Assembly (NCBI GenBank): GCA_963777955.1
Contig: CAVZSQ010000022.1
Coordinates: 896,001 to 960,000 of the forward strand
Reading direction: 5' to 3'
Origin: Calditrichia bacterium
Lineage (GTDB): Bacteria > Calditrichota > Calditrichia > JAJRVZ01
Length of the DNA stretch: 64,000 nt
The translations under genes were made by a program, and so were the position numbers. This document shows positions 46,136 to 56,693 of this stretch, in pieces. Numbering within the stretch: the stretch's first letter is position 1; each line of letters opens with the position of its first letter. Under the pieces are notes generated by a model. The model was not told the origin of the DNA, made no database searches, and saw nothing but the letters and a program-made list of their open reading frames with translations.

Positions 46136-47545
46136 ATGAAAGCAAAACTGATATCTAAGATACTATTCATCATTCTTTACATCGCACTATCATGCTTTTT
46201 GTGCACGGCAGCGGAAAACAAACAATTGGATCAGCAGGCGATTGCCCAATTGCAGGCTGGTTTTCAACTGGATAATACCAACAAAGCCTTGATGAATGCT
46301 ATTACGAATAATGATATCGATAACCTGGTGCTCAATCGTGAATTAATCAATAAGCATAATAATGTTTTTAATCTGAATATTGCCGTCGAGGGAATCACCG
46401 ATCAGCAAAGCACCGGCCGTTGCTGGATGTTTGCCGCCCTGAATTTAATGCGTCCAATTGTCAAGGATAAATTTAATCTAAAGTCCTTCGAATTTTCAGA
46501 GGTTTATTTGACCTTCTGGGACAAACTGGATAAGGCGAACTATTTTCTGGAATCAATCATTGAAACCCGGGATCGTGATATCGACGACCGCGAGTTACAG
46601 GCAATTTTGACCGATCCCATTCCCGACGGGGGCTGGTGGAATTATGCCGTTAACCTGATCGAAAAGTACGGCGTGATTCCCAGGGAACTGATGCCCGAAA
46701 CCGTTAACAGCAATAAGACGTACCGGATGAATAAAGCACTGCTTAGCCTGGCCCGGCAGGATGCGGTAGAATTGAGAGATTTGGCCAGGCAGGGTAAAAG
46801 TGAAAATTCTCTCAGGATCCGGAAAATGGAAATGCTGCGGGATTTTTACCGGCTGCTGGTGCTGCACTTCGGGATACCGCCGCAAAGTTTTACCTGGCGG
46901 GTGGAAGATAAGGATAACAAACTGATCGAAAATAAATATACCCCGCTTGAATTTTATAAGGCTGCAGTCGACCTGGATTTAACCCGGTATGTGATCCTAT
47001 GCGAGTACCCGTCATTCCCGCTCAATGATTTTTATCAGGTTAATTTCTGCACCAATATGACCGAAAAACCGGATATGAGTTTTATTAATGTGGACAGTGA
47101 AAAATTAAAAAAATACGCTCTGGCCTGTTTGACTGACTCGACTCCGGTCTGGTTTGCCGCCGATGTCGGCTGGCAAATGGAACGCGATCTGGGTATCATG
47201 GCTGCGGATATTTATGATTATAATGCGCTGTTCAATATTTCCGATAAAATGAATAAGGCAGACCGTATCCGCTACCGGGCCAGCAATGCCAACCATGCCA
47301 TGCTTTTTGTCGGCGCCGATACCAGCAATGGCCAGGTCCTCAAATGGCGCGTGGAAAATTCCTGGGGCAGCGACAAGGGGAATAAAGGTTACTGGTCAAT
47401 GTATGATAACTGGTTCGACAAATATGTTTTTACGGTTATTATAAATAAGAAATATTTAAAGTCAGAAGAACTGAAACTGCTGGACAGGAAACCCAAAAAG
47501 ATTCCGGCCTGGGATCCCTTGCGGAGCAGTTTTCTAGGCAATTAG
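46136..47545 (+). CDS. pepC: Secreted C1B cysteine aminopeptidase (PepC/bleomycin hydrolase family)
   Basis: Signal peptide, QQSTGRCWMFA, DGGWW, NHAM, VENSWG. Confidence 0.92.
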   Translation: MKAKLISKILFIILYIALSCFLCTAAENKQLDQQAIAQLQAGFQLDNTNKALMNAITNNDIDNLVLNRELINKHNNVFNLNIAVEGITDQQSTGRCWMFAALNLMRPIVKDKFNLKSFEFSEVYLTFWDKLDKANYFLESIIETRDRDIDDRELQAILTDPIPDGGWWNYAVNLIEKYGVIPRELMPETVNSNKTYRMNKALLSLARQDAVELRDLARQGKSENSLRIRKMEMLRDFYRLLVLHFGIPPQSFTWRVEDKDNKLIENKYTPLEFYKAAVDLDLTRYVILCEYPSFPLNDFYQVNFCTNMTEKPDMSFINVDSEKLKKYALACLTDSTPVWFAADVGWQMERDLGIMAADIYDYNALFNISDKMNKADRIRYRASNANHAMLFVGADTSNGQVLKWRVENSWGSDKGNKGYWSMYDNWFDKYVFTVIINKKYLKSEELKLLDRKPKKIPAWDPLRSSFLGN

Positions 47546-47602
47546 TCAGGTAGGTTTAATTTAAATCTGAATCGAACCTGCAAAACAAATAGTTATTAAT
47601 TT

Positions 47603-47649
47603 AGCACCATGACAAAACATGGGGCTATTAGCGAGTGTCCCTGCGGGAT
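47603..47649. repeat. CGTC/GTCCC-type REP-like element, inverted relative to 45881
   Basis: AGCACCATG-ACAAAA-CATGGGGCTATT ... GTCCCTGCGGGAT. Confidence 0.5.
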
Positions 47650-47705
47650 AGACATAATATTTCCACACTACTAATTACTGAAAATATTAATTACAGGAGG
47701 GCAAA

Positions 47706-48311
47706 ATGCGTTTTTTGATATTCATTGTCATGTTGTTGACGATTACGGCTATTGCATCTGCGCAGGAAGAAACACTTTTTAAAGGGGATGGTGAAAAAGG
47801 GGGATTCGGCGGGCCGGTGGTCAAATACACCACTATCTTTGATCAGAGTGCATTGCTGATCGGCGGGCGCGGCGGCTGGATCATCAATCATTCACTGATC
47901 ATCGGCGGCGGGGGGTACGGCATCGTCAATGAAATCGATGCGGCCGCAGGGGTACTGCCGGGCGAAGGACCGCTGGATATCGAATTCGGTTACGGCGGAT
48001 TCGAAGTGGAATATATCATTAATCCCATGTCCCTGACGCACTACAGTCTGTATGCTCTGTTCGGGGTCGGGGATATTCACTATGTCAGGGATATAGGTTC
48101 CAGTTTTGAGAGCAACCAGACCACCGGTGAATCCGATTTTGTGTTCGTGGTGGAACCGGCTATAAATGCCGAACTGAATATCATAAAATGGTTCCGGGTG
48201 GATGCCGGATTGTCCTACCGCCTGGTCCTGGATGTGAGTCAGGTCGGACTGGACAGCGGTGATTTCAGTGGGTTGACGGCGATAGTGACTTTAAAATTCG
48301 GAAATTTCTGA
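47706..48311 (+). CDS. Gly-rich outer-membrane beta-barrel protein
   Basis: Signal peptide, GGFGGP, GGRGGW, YGG..EY, terminal KFGNF. Confidence 0.7.
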   Translation: MRFLIFIVMLLTITAIASAQEETLFKGDGEKGGFGGPVVKYTTIFDQSALLIGGRGGWIINHSLIIGGGGYGIVNEIDAAAGVLPGEGPLDIEFGYGGFEVEYIINPMSLTHYSLYALFGVGDIHYVRDIGSSFESNQTTGESDFVFVVEPAINAELNIIKWFRVDAGLSYRLVLDVSQVGLDSGDFSGLTAIVTLKFGNF

Positions 48312-48342
48312 AAATCCGGGTCGTACCGGCAACGATCCCTGG

Positions 48343-50782
48343 ATGGTGAAAATGAAAAAAGCACTTCTTGTTTTGATTTTCATACTATATGCAATAAACG
48401 ACATCCCTGCCCAATCCCGGCAGCGTACCTTGCTTGACTTTGACTGGAAATTTATCCTGGCCGATTCAGTTCAGGCTGAACGCCCCGATTTTGATGACAG
48501 CCGCTGGCGCACACTGGATTTGCCGCACGACTGGAGCATAGAATATCCGTACGATGAGCATGCCCCGACAGGCGGCAGCGGCGGATATGTACGATCAGGA
48601 ACCGGCTGGTACCGCAAACACCTGACTCTTTGATCAACACATAAAAGGAAAAACTGTCTGGCTGGAATTTGACGGTATTTATATGAACAGTGATGTGTGG
48701 GTAAATGGACGTCATCTCGGCAACTATTCCTATGGATACACAAGTTTCTATTATGATTTATCGTCTTTTTTAAATGTTGGTGACAATGTCGTGGCTGTGC
48801 GGGTGGATAACTCAAAGCAACCCAATTCACGCTGGTATACGGGATCGGGTATTTACCGGCATGTCTGGTTGACTATAACCCAGCCAGTCCATATCGGGCA
48901 CTGGGGAACGTATATCAGTACCTCAGGCATTACCGATACCAGCGCCATCATTTCTATAATCACCACTATAAAAAATAATTCAAATAGCCGGCAAAATAAA
49001 AATCTTGTGACAACTATTGTCGATCCTGCCGGGACCAGTATAGCAGCAGATAATATAAAATTCATTGTGGCGGCTGATGACAGCACGATAATTGAACAAA
49101 AAATCCCGATTGCCGAACCCCAATTATGGTCCCTGGAACACCCCTTACTGTACAGAGCTGTTCAGGAAATTAAAAATGGCAGCCTTAGTTCTGAAAAGTA
49201 TGAAACCACCTTTGGTATTCGCGCTATCGCCTACGATGTCGATCGTGGTTTTTTTCTGAATGGTGCACAGGTTAAAATGAACGGAGTGAATTTACATCAT
49301 GATGGTGGTTGTGTCGGCGCTGCGGTACCTGAGCGAATCTGGGAACGCCGTCTCGAACTCCTGAAAGCGATGGGCTGCAATGCCATACGCACGGCACATA
49401 ATCCACCGGCAGCGGAATTTCTGGATTTGTGCGATCGATTGGGATTCCTGGTCATGGATGAGGCTTTTGATGAATGGCGCCTGGGAAAACGCGAGTACGC
49501 TTATCATCTGTATTTTGACGAATGGGGCCGGAAAGATTTAATTTCCATGCTACGGCGGGACCGGAATCATCCATCAATCGTGCTGTGGAGCATCGGTAAT
49601 GAAATACCCGAACAGAAAACGGATAACGGGCATTTATTATTGGATACATTACAGGATATTTGTCATCGCGAAGATCCCACACGTCCCGTTACGCTCGGTT
49701 GCGACAATATTGCTGCCGATGGCGGCTCCACTACCTTACCATTCCTGGAAGCACTCGACATCGTCGGCTATAATTACGTTGATCGCTGGCATGAGCGTCG
49801 TGAACTCTTTTTCAGCATTGATCGCCATAACCATCCGGATTGGAAAATGATCGGAACTGAAAGTGTCTCCATTAGTGGTATTCGCGGAGAATACGACCTG
49901 GGAAACGATTCTGCTGTCGTGCAGATGCGAATGCCGTCTAATCTCATTCGTGTCCAGGAATTATGGAAAACAGTTAAACTCAATGAGTATGTAATCGGTG
50001 ACTTTATGTGGACTGGTATTGATTACCTGGGTGAAGCATTCTGGCCGAATAAACACGCGTCGTCCGGAGTTATCGATGTATGCGGTTTCCCCAAGGACGC
50101 CTATTATTTCTATAAAAGTCAATGGTGCGAGGAACCGCTTATTCATTTGTTCCCGCACTGGAACTGGCCTGATCGAATTGGACAGGTTATACCCGTTTTC
50201 TGTTATACCAATTGCAGCGAAGTGGAATTGTACCTGAATGGGAAGTCGTTGGGTGCAAAGCGGATTGAATTACCGCGGCAAGGTAATTCCGGCAGCTGGA
50301 ATAAATATGCGCGTCCGCAAATACATCCGACCACAGCTGATCTTTTCCTGACCTGGGATGTTCCCTATGAACCTGGAATCGTGAAAGCTATTGGTAAAAA
50401 AGACGGCAGGATTGTCTGCAGCCGGGAAATCCGTACAACCGGTGCACCGGCTGCAATCAGGCTTGGCCTTGATCGCCCGGTTATCAAGGCGGACAAGCAT
50501 GATTTAGTACACCTGACTGTTGAAATCGTTGATGAGGCGGGCAATGTCGTACCCACGGCAAACAATGCGGTTAAATTCTCAATCACAGGTCCGGGCCGGT
50601 TACGGGGCGTTGATAATGGTGATCCCCGGGATCATTCTTCATATCTGCTGAATGAGCGTCGTGCCTTTAACGGATTATGTCTGGCCATTATACAGTCGAA
50701 TGGCCGCGCAGGGGCTATTCGCGTAACAGCGACCTCGCCCGGTTTACCAGAGGCAATCGTCGAGTTTGAAACAAAACGGTGA
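48343..50782 (+). CDS. Glycoside hydrolase family 2 (beta-galactosidase-like; frameshift near 48631)
   Basis: LPHDWSIE, GWYRK, SRWY.GSGIYR, GVNLHHD, NAIRTAHNP, NHPSI.LWSIGNE, F.WTG.DYLGE. Confidence 0.93.
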
Positions 50783-50911
50783 TATAAAGATATATAATTG
50801 TAAAAACGCCTGATTTAGGATAATTCTATTATTCCGGATCGAACCCGGAAATTATATCGTTTTTATGGTAACCCTGCGTTTTGACATGGGGTAAGCAAAA
50901 AGGAGTAAATC

Positions 50912-51601
50912 ATGTCCTGGATTTGTCCACTATGTAATCAGAGCAATTCTGACGATTCAATGATCTGTATATGCGGGCATGCTCATAGTAAAACTCAGGA
51001 CCTGCCTGCAAAATCTATCAGCAGTGACGTTAAAATCACTGTCCCTTTAAAATCCTGTCCTTCTTGCGGCAGAGAAGTGCCTGTCGTTGATAAATTTTGC
51101 CCGTTTTGCGGTAAATCGATCGTGATCTTATCAGCAGAAACCAAAAAAGCAATAACTACTGCAGCAAAGTGGATATTAGCCGTATCAATAATGTTTGTAA
51201 TTTTTGGAACTATAATTGGCTTTGTACAGAAATCGCAGGCAAGTAAGGCGATGGAAAATCTGGCGCAATATAGCGACTCTGAAGTATTACAATTACCGAA
51301 CGATGCTAATGAATATACTGTTGCAGAACTCAAATCCAAAATAAACCAGGAAGTTATATTTGTATTTCTCAGTAATTATTTCCTTGCTCTGGTCATGTTT
51401 GGTTTATATCTCTGGGCCCGCCGTTCACCATTTCCGGCCATGATCACAGCACTCTGTGTGTATCTGGCGGTTATGGTACTCAGCGCAATGGTTGATCCTA
51501 AAACTCTTTTTCAGGGTCTAATCATTAAAATAATCTTCATAGGTGCCTTGATTGCCGGAATCAAGGCCTCGCTGGTTACGCGCGGCGTTACGAGGATATA
51601 A
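50912..51601 (+). CDS. Double zinc-ribbon membrane protein
   Basis: WICPLC...CICG and CPSCG...FCPFCG followed by about 4 TM segments. Confidence 0.75.
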   Translation: MSWICPLCNQSNSDDSMICICGHAHSKTQDLPAKSISSDVKITVPLKSCPSCGREVPVVDKFCPFCGKSIVILSAETKKAITTAAKWILAVSIMFVIFGTIIGFVQKSQASKAMENLAQYSDSEVLQLPNDANEYTVAELKSKINQEVIFVFLSNYFLALVMFGLYLWARRSPFPAMITALCVYLAVMVLSAMVDPKTLFQGLIIKIIFIGALIAGIKASLVTRGVTRI

Positions 51602-51639
51602 ATAGTTATCAGCACCTCGATACAAGTTTAATGGACTAA

Positions 51640-52456
51640 TTGGAAAATCTTTATTCAAATATTCCTGCTCACCCTGACTGCTGTCCCGATTGTGGGAATA
51701 GATTACCGGATAACGCTCTCTATTGTGGCAATTGCGGTCACCCTGTTTCGGCATGCGATCCGAATACTCCTGTCAATGATCAGACTGTAAGTATTCACAA
51801 TCAGCAATCCCCCTGGGAATGTATTTCACCTGCCATAAGTCTTTGGATTGGTCTGTTGGCGATTAATGGTATTCTGGGCCTTTGTGGTCATATATTTGAT
51901 ATAAGCTCACCTCGTTTTGATCTGGGTGGCTCAAATCATATCAGCATTGGTAATACTGATTTTCTGGATAAAATCCCGTCAAGAATTAAATCCATTGGTA
52001 TGCAGATCAGGCTTTAAGGGAATTTTCACTATCCTTGAAATAATAGCTGTTATTTTATTTATATATATTTTCATGTGGTTCTATCTAAAGCTGGCATCAT
52101 TTATTGGCATTAAAAATATATTGTATCTGACTGATTTTAAGAAACATAATTGGCCGCTGTGGAGTGCATTTATTCTTATCAGTATATGCCCCGGTATTTT
52201 TGAAGAACTCGCATTCCGTGGTTTCATTATGACACGACTGGAAAAAGTAGGCAGTACCACAGAGGCTTTAATTATTCAGGCAGCTATGTTTTCAATTTTA
52301 CATATGCTGCCCACAATTTTCATAAGCCATTTTATTATAGGCTTGACGCTCGGAGTTGTTCGTGTCAGAAGTAAAAGTTTATACCCTGGTATGATAATCC
52401 ATGCTGCCTGGAATGCAATAGTCCTTTTAGAAGAACTGTATACTAGGGGAATTTAA
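51640..52456 (+). CDS. Zinc-ribbon + CPBP (CAAX/Abi) intramembrane glutamic protease (frameshift near 51925)
   Basis: CPDCG...YCGNCG; EELAFRG, FSILH, H.AWN motifs. Confidence 0.85.
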
Positions 52457-52638
52457 ATCCGGGCTGGACCTGCAGAATAGAATGGATTCATCATAGCATC
52501 CTGTCTTAATATGGTGCCAGACGCGGATCGCCCCCACTTTTTAAATTCAGCTTTTGCTTGTGAATGAGAATATTTAATATTAAGATATTTTAAAAATATT
52601 GAATCTCAATCAACGTTCATACCAATTGGAGTTTTAAT

Positions 52639-54288
52639 ATGAGGCTTACGATGATACTTCGATTCATTTTCTTTCTTGTTTTAATATTTTGTTGGTCGTT
52701 TAATAATTCCCGGGCCTGCACCATCGTCGGTGTCGGCAAAAAGGCATCGGTCGACGGTTCGGTGATGGTCTCGCATACCGACTGCGGGCCTGATTCGCGT
52801 ATCCGCGTGGTGCCGGGACGGACATATGCTGAGGGCGAGCAGGCGCCGGTTTACTGGGGTTTGCAGGAACCTGTAGAACCGCTCGATCATCCCCGCGAAA
52901 TTCTGGGATATATTCCCCAGGTGCGCAGGACCTTTACATATTTCCGTTCTGCTTATTCACATATGAACGAAGTTCAACTGGGCATTGCCGAGAGCAGCAC
53001 CAGTCAGCGCCCGGAATTGGTTAACGAAAAAGGTAAATGCGAGCAGATCATGTCCATCGAAGCTGCGCAAATCTTTGCCCTGGAACGCTGCCGCACTGCC
53101 CGCGAAGCGGTTGTATTGATCGGCGACCTGGTGACCCGCTACGGATTTCTCTGCTCCAGCGGCGATGCCTCCGAAGCGCTGTGCATAGGAGATACCGGCG
53201 AAGTATGGGTGATGGAGGTACTCGGTGTGGGTCCGGGTTGGAAAAAAGATAGTGGTAAGCCCGGGGCTGTCTGGGCGGCACAGCGTCTGCCCGATGACCA
53301 TGTGACCATGATTCCCAACTGGAGCATTATCAAGGAAATCAATCCGCAGGACCATGAACAGTTTATGGTTTCGGCAAATTATATGCAGGAGGCCGTTGAC
53401 CGCGGCTGGTACGATCCCGCCGCCGGCAAACCGTTCATCTGGCAGGAAATTTATGCCCCCATGCCGCAGGAATTCGCCACCAGCAGATTCTGGCTGTTCT
53501 ACAGCACCTTTACTCCCAATTTATACCCCTGGCCTGACCGGAAAATGGGCGATGATCCGTTTAAAGGTATTATCCCTTATTTTCAGTTTGTGGAACCGGT
53601 ATCCGTGTATCCTTTTTCGGCCAAGCCCGAGCGTAAACTTTCAGTGCGTGATGTAATAGCCTTCCAGCGCTCCGTATTCGAGGGTACAATCTATGATATG
53701 ACCGCTGATCCAAACTGGCTGGTGCCTGACGGAAAGGGTGGGTATAGCAAGAGCGTTCTGGCCACGCCGTTTCCCGGCCGGGATTTACGGGCCCTGTTGA
53801 AAATAACCTATCGCCGGCCGGTGGCCCGTCACCGCGGCCATTACGGCATGGTCTGTCAATTGCGTTCCTGGCTGCCGGATGCCATTGGCGGTATTTACTG
53901 GGTGTACCTGGATAATCCCTATTTCAGTCCCTATGTGCCCATGTACGCCGGAGCGCAGACAACCGCGTCCTGCTATCAGATTTATGATCCGGAACAATAC
54001 AGCGAAAAATCTGCCCGCTGGGCCATCGATTTTGTCGATAACCTGGCCGGCCTGAAATTTCAGCAAGCCATCACAGATGTACGCGCGCTGCGGGATCCCT
54101 GGGAGGAGGCTATTTTTCAACGCCAGGATTCGATTGATACCGAGGCAGTCCGGCTGTATGGTAAGAATGTTAAAAAGGCGCAGGAATATCTGACGAAATA
54201 TTGTAACGGACTTCAGGAAGAAGTGCTGGTAATGTTTCAGCGGCTGCGGAATGAGTTGATTACCAAGTATACCAATAATCGGGAATAG
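52639..54288 (+). CDS. C69-family dipeptidase (Ntn hydrolase)
   Basis: Signal peptide then CT..VGKKAS.DGS, MNE.QL.I.ES, ALERC.TAREA, GAVWAAQR.PDD. Confidence 0.88.
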   Translation: MRLTMILRFIFFLVLIFCWSFNNSRACTIVGVGKKASVDGSVMVSHTDCGPDSRIRVVPGRTYAEGEQAPVYWGLQEPVEPLDHPREILGYIPQVRRTFTYFRSAYSHMNEVQLGIAESSTSQRPELVNEKGKCEQIMSIEAAQIFALERCRTAREAVVLIGDLVTRYGFLCSSGDASEALCIGDTGEVWVMEVLGVGPGWKKDSGKPGAVWAAQRLPDDHVTMIPNWSIIKEINPQDHEQFMVSANYMQEAVDRGWYDPAAGKPFIWQEIYAPMPQEFATSRFWLFYSTFTPNLYPWPDRKMGDDPFKGIIPYFQFVEPVSVYPFSAKPERKLSVRDVIAFQRSVFEGTIYDMTADPNWLVPDGKGGYSKSVLATPFPGRDLRALLKITYRRPVARHRGHYGMVCQLRSWLPDAIGGIYWVYLDNPYFSPYVPMYAGAQTTASCYQIYDPEQYSEKSARWAIDFVDNLAGLKFQQAITDVRALRDPWEEAIFQRQDSIDTEAVRLYGKNVKKAQEYLTKYCNGLQEEVLVMFQRLRNELITKYTNNRE

Positions 54289-54315
54289 GACCTGGTTTTG
54301 GAAAGGAATCCGGCT

Positions 54316-54716
54316 ATGAATGATCTGGAAAAATACTTTACGGAAAATAAGAGCGGGTTGATACACAAGTGGAAACATTATTTTGAAATATATGATAAGC
54401 ACTTTTCGCGTTTTAGAGGCACTGCTGTCCATATTGTCGAATTTGGAGTATCACAGGGCGGTTCCCTGCAAATGTGGAAACAATATTTTGGATCCCGATC
54501 GAAGATATTCGGAATTGATATAAATCCGCATTGCCGGCAGCTGGAGGAAGAACAAATCAAAATATTCATCGGTGACCAGGGAGACCGGAAATTTTTAAAA
54601 GAGATCGCAGCAAAATTCCGGATTATTTTCCCAAAAGGAGTTTCGTCCAGAAGCTCAAGAGTCGGTTAAAGTCGCCAGGGGAGAGGGGGCAATCATGCAG
54701 CTCGAAAAATCTGTAA
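54316..54716 (+). pseudogene. Truncated or internally deleted class I SAM methyltransferase
   Basis: HKW.HYF.IY, EFGV..GGSL.MW, GIDI, GDQ present; the downstream D..IDDG.H region is absent. Confidence 0.7.
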
Positions 54717-55435
54717 TCATTGCTTCCTGGAAACGGATTTTGCTGGCCGCCTATATTGATTATCTGATTTTTTCTGTATTCTGGGAGGTTGTCTGGCACT
54801 TTATCGGTCCGAGTGAAGGGCCCTTTCTTCTCAAATTTTTGTTTTTCACTATGTTTGAATTGTTGTCTTTCTGGCGTATCGGATCTCCCGGACAATATTT
54901 TGTGAGTATATACTCATCCGAACAGGAATGGAGGATGAGTCAGTTCAGGTATAATCCCGCCAGCAGCAGATTGCTGGTAAGTCCGGAAATTTTTAATAAT
55001 GAATCCTGGCTAACTATTTTATTAGGGATTTTATTCATCCTGGATGGAAGTAAAGAATGTGTTCGCTGGACCATGTGGACTCCGGCCACTCCTTACTTTG
55101 GCCTGGAACCTAATTTTGTGACTTCGATAATTATATCTGTGATTTTTGGAGTAGTATATATCTATATTGGTTATCTGCTATTAAAATTGAAGAGGTCAGG
55201 TTTCATTGCAGGTATCGGGACATTAATAATTTATATTGTTTCAATTGTATTAAGTTGGAAATATTGGGATGATTATGTCACGAAATATGTTATTCAAAAA
55301 CGGGCCTTTCAGAATCTGCCGGTGCGGGAAGGTGAAATTGAAATGATGAAAATGATCATGCCGGAAGGAGTAATAATTTTCTCTATAATTATTTTATTCG
55401 TGCTTTTATTGGTTGGAAAAAAACTTAGCAGATGA
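54695..55435 (+). CDS. Membrane protein, RDD-like N-terminus
   Basis: AS.KR..LAA.ID and SPG motifs; several TM segments. Confidence 0.55.
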   Translation: MQLEKSVIIASWKRILLAAYIDYLIFSVFWEVVWHFIGPSEGPFLLKFLFFTMFELLSFWRIGSPGQYFVSIYSSEQEWRMSQFRYNPASSRLLVSPEIFNNESWLTILLGILFILDGSKECVRWTMWTPATPYFGLEPNFVTSIIISVIFGVVYIYIGYLLLKLKRSGFIAGIGTLIIYIVSIVLSWKYWDDYVTKYVIQKRAFQNLPVREGEIEMMKMIMPEGVIIFSIIILFVLLLVGKKLSR

Positions 55436-55556
55436 ACTGGTGAAGATCAATTCTGCGCTTTATGCTCAACGCCAATTAACCTGTATGAATTTACAATAAA
55501 ATAAAAATGTCACCATTCGTAATATGGTAGCATTGGTAATTGGGAGGAGAATCGAA

Positions 55557-56081
55557 ATGAAAATTTATCAGGCGTTAACCCTTACATTTCTGTTTATTGT
55601 TCTCACGGCTATGGTGTTAAATCCTGCATCTCAGTTTGGCCAACTCAAAGATGTAACTAAATTGAAGATTGTTGATTATGGAATTTATGAAAAACAGGAA
55701 TTAATGAGACCCAAAGATAAAACCACAGTCGCAGGAGAAGTAAGTGTGGTGAAAAACGAAGTGTTGGTTATACAAACGGATACAATTCCATTGAAAGTCG
55801 GCCAAACATTTGGGTTGAGATATGAAATCGTTACGTCAGAAAAGGGTGAAAAGTTTTATCCCGTCACATATCATGTCAGTTATCCAAGAGAAATGGTGAA
55901 TCCAGAAACTGGAAAAAGGGAGAAAGATTGGACATTCAAGACGCGAAGCATCGGAAACAGCCCGCGTTATACCGGTTTTGGATTCGATGAGGAGTGGGAG
56001 TTACTGGAAGGTGACTGGATTTTCGAAATTACTGTTGGCAAACACGTGGTAAGGCAAAAATTCCATCTCATCAAATCCTGA
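55557..56081 (+). CDS. Exported DUF3859-like protein
   Basis: DYGIY, T..IP...G..FG.RY, F....EL..G.W.FEI. Confidence 0.7.
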   Translation: MKIYQALTLTFLFIVLTAMVLNPASQFGQLKDVTKLKIVDYGIYEKQELMRPKDKTTVAGEVSVVKNEVLVIQTDTIPLKVGQTFGLRYEIVTSEKGEKFYPVTYHVSYPREMVNPETGKREKDWTFKTRSIGNSPRYTGFGFDEEWELLEGDWIFEITVGKHVVRQKFHLIKS

Positions 56082-56263
56082 ATTAAAGACGAAACCAGGG
56101 TAAAGCAGCATAAGATGTTCCATAAAAATATATAGAATATTCACTTGTCACCTGATTATTGCGCTAACCGGCCGTCAGAAGAATCAAGCACCCTGCGCTC
56201 GGGCCTGCTTGGAAAAATTATTTGACACAAATAGTAATGTTTGAAACATTTATTGGTGCAACT

Positions 56264-56605
56264 ATGAAAATAATCTATTCTTCAAACAATCTTCAATATT
56301 GCTTATTTCTTAAGGAGATATTAGAGTCAGAAGGTATTCAATGTATGATCCGGAATGAATATCTCAGTAATTTAGCCGGCGAACTGCCGGTAGAACAGAC
56401 CTGGCCGGAGTTGATTATTCTGGATGATTCTGATATTTTAAAAGCGGAAAAAATACTGGCGGAGAATAAAGCAAGTTTCAATGAAATGCCCTCTTTTTGT
56501 CCAAAATGTGATTCGGAAGAAATTGATCTGGTCAAAGAAGCAAATCTAATAAGACTTACCACGTTTAAATGCAGAAAATGTAATTATACTTGGAATAAAA
56601 GGTAA
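56264..56605 (+). CDS. DUF2007 (putative signal-transducing) protein with C-terminal zinc ribbon
   Basis: LESEGI.C..RNE....AGE.P....P, then CPKC...C.KC...W. Confidence 0.75.
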   Translation: MKIIYSSNNLQYCLFLKEILESEGIQCMIRNEYLSNLAGELPVEQTWPELIILDDSDILKAEKILAENKASFNEMPSFCPKCDSEEIDLVKEANLIRLTTFKCRKCNYTWNKR

Positions 56606-56693
56606 AAACTGACTGGATTTTTCTTAATACTTTAAAAATTATTATACAGGTATTTCTGCAGAGTTTAATAATGTTTACATAGAAGGGAAAAGG

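Noticed and set aside
45759..46623. Diversity-generating retroelement TR/VR pair
   Set aside because: Mismatches are not confined to adenines, there are indels, the target is mid-gene, and no reverse transcriptase is in the window
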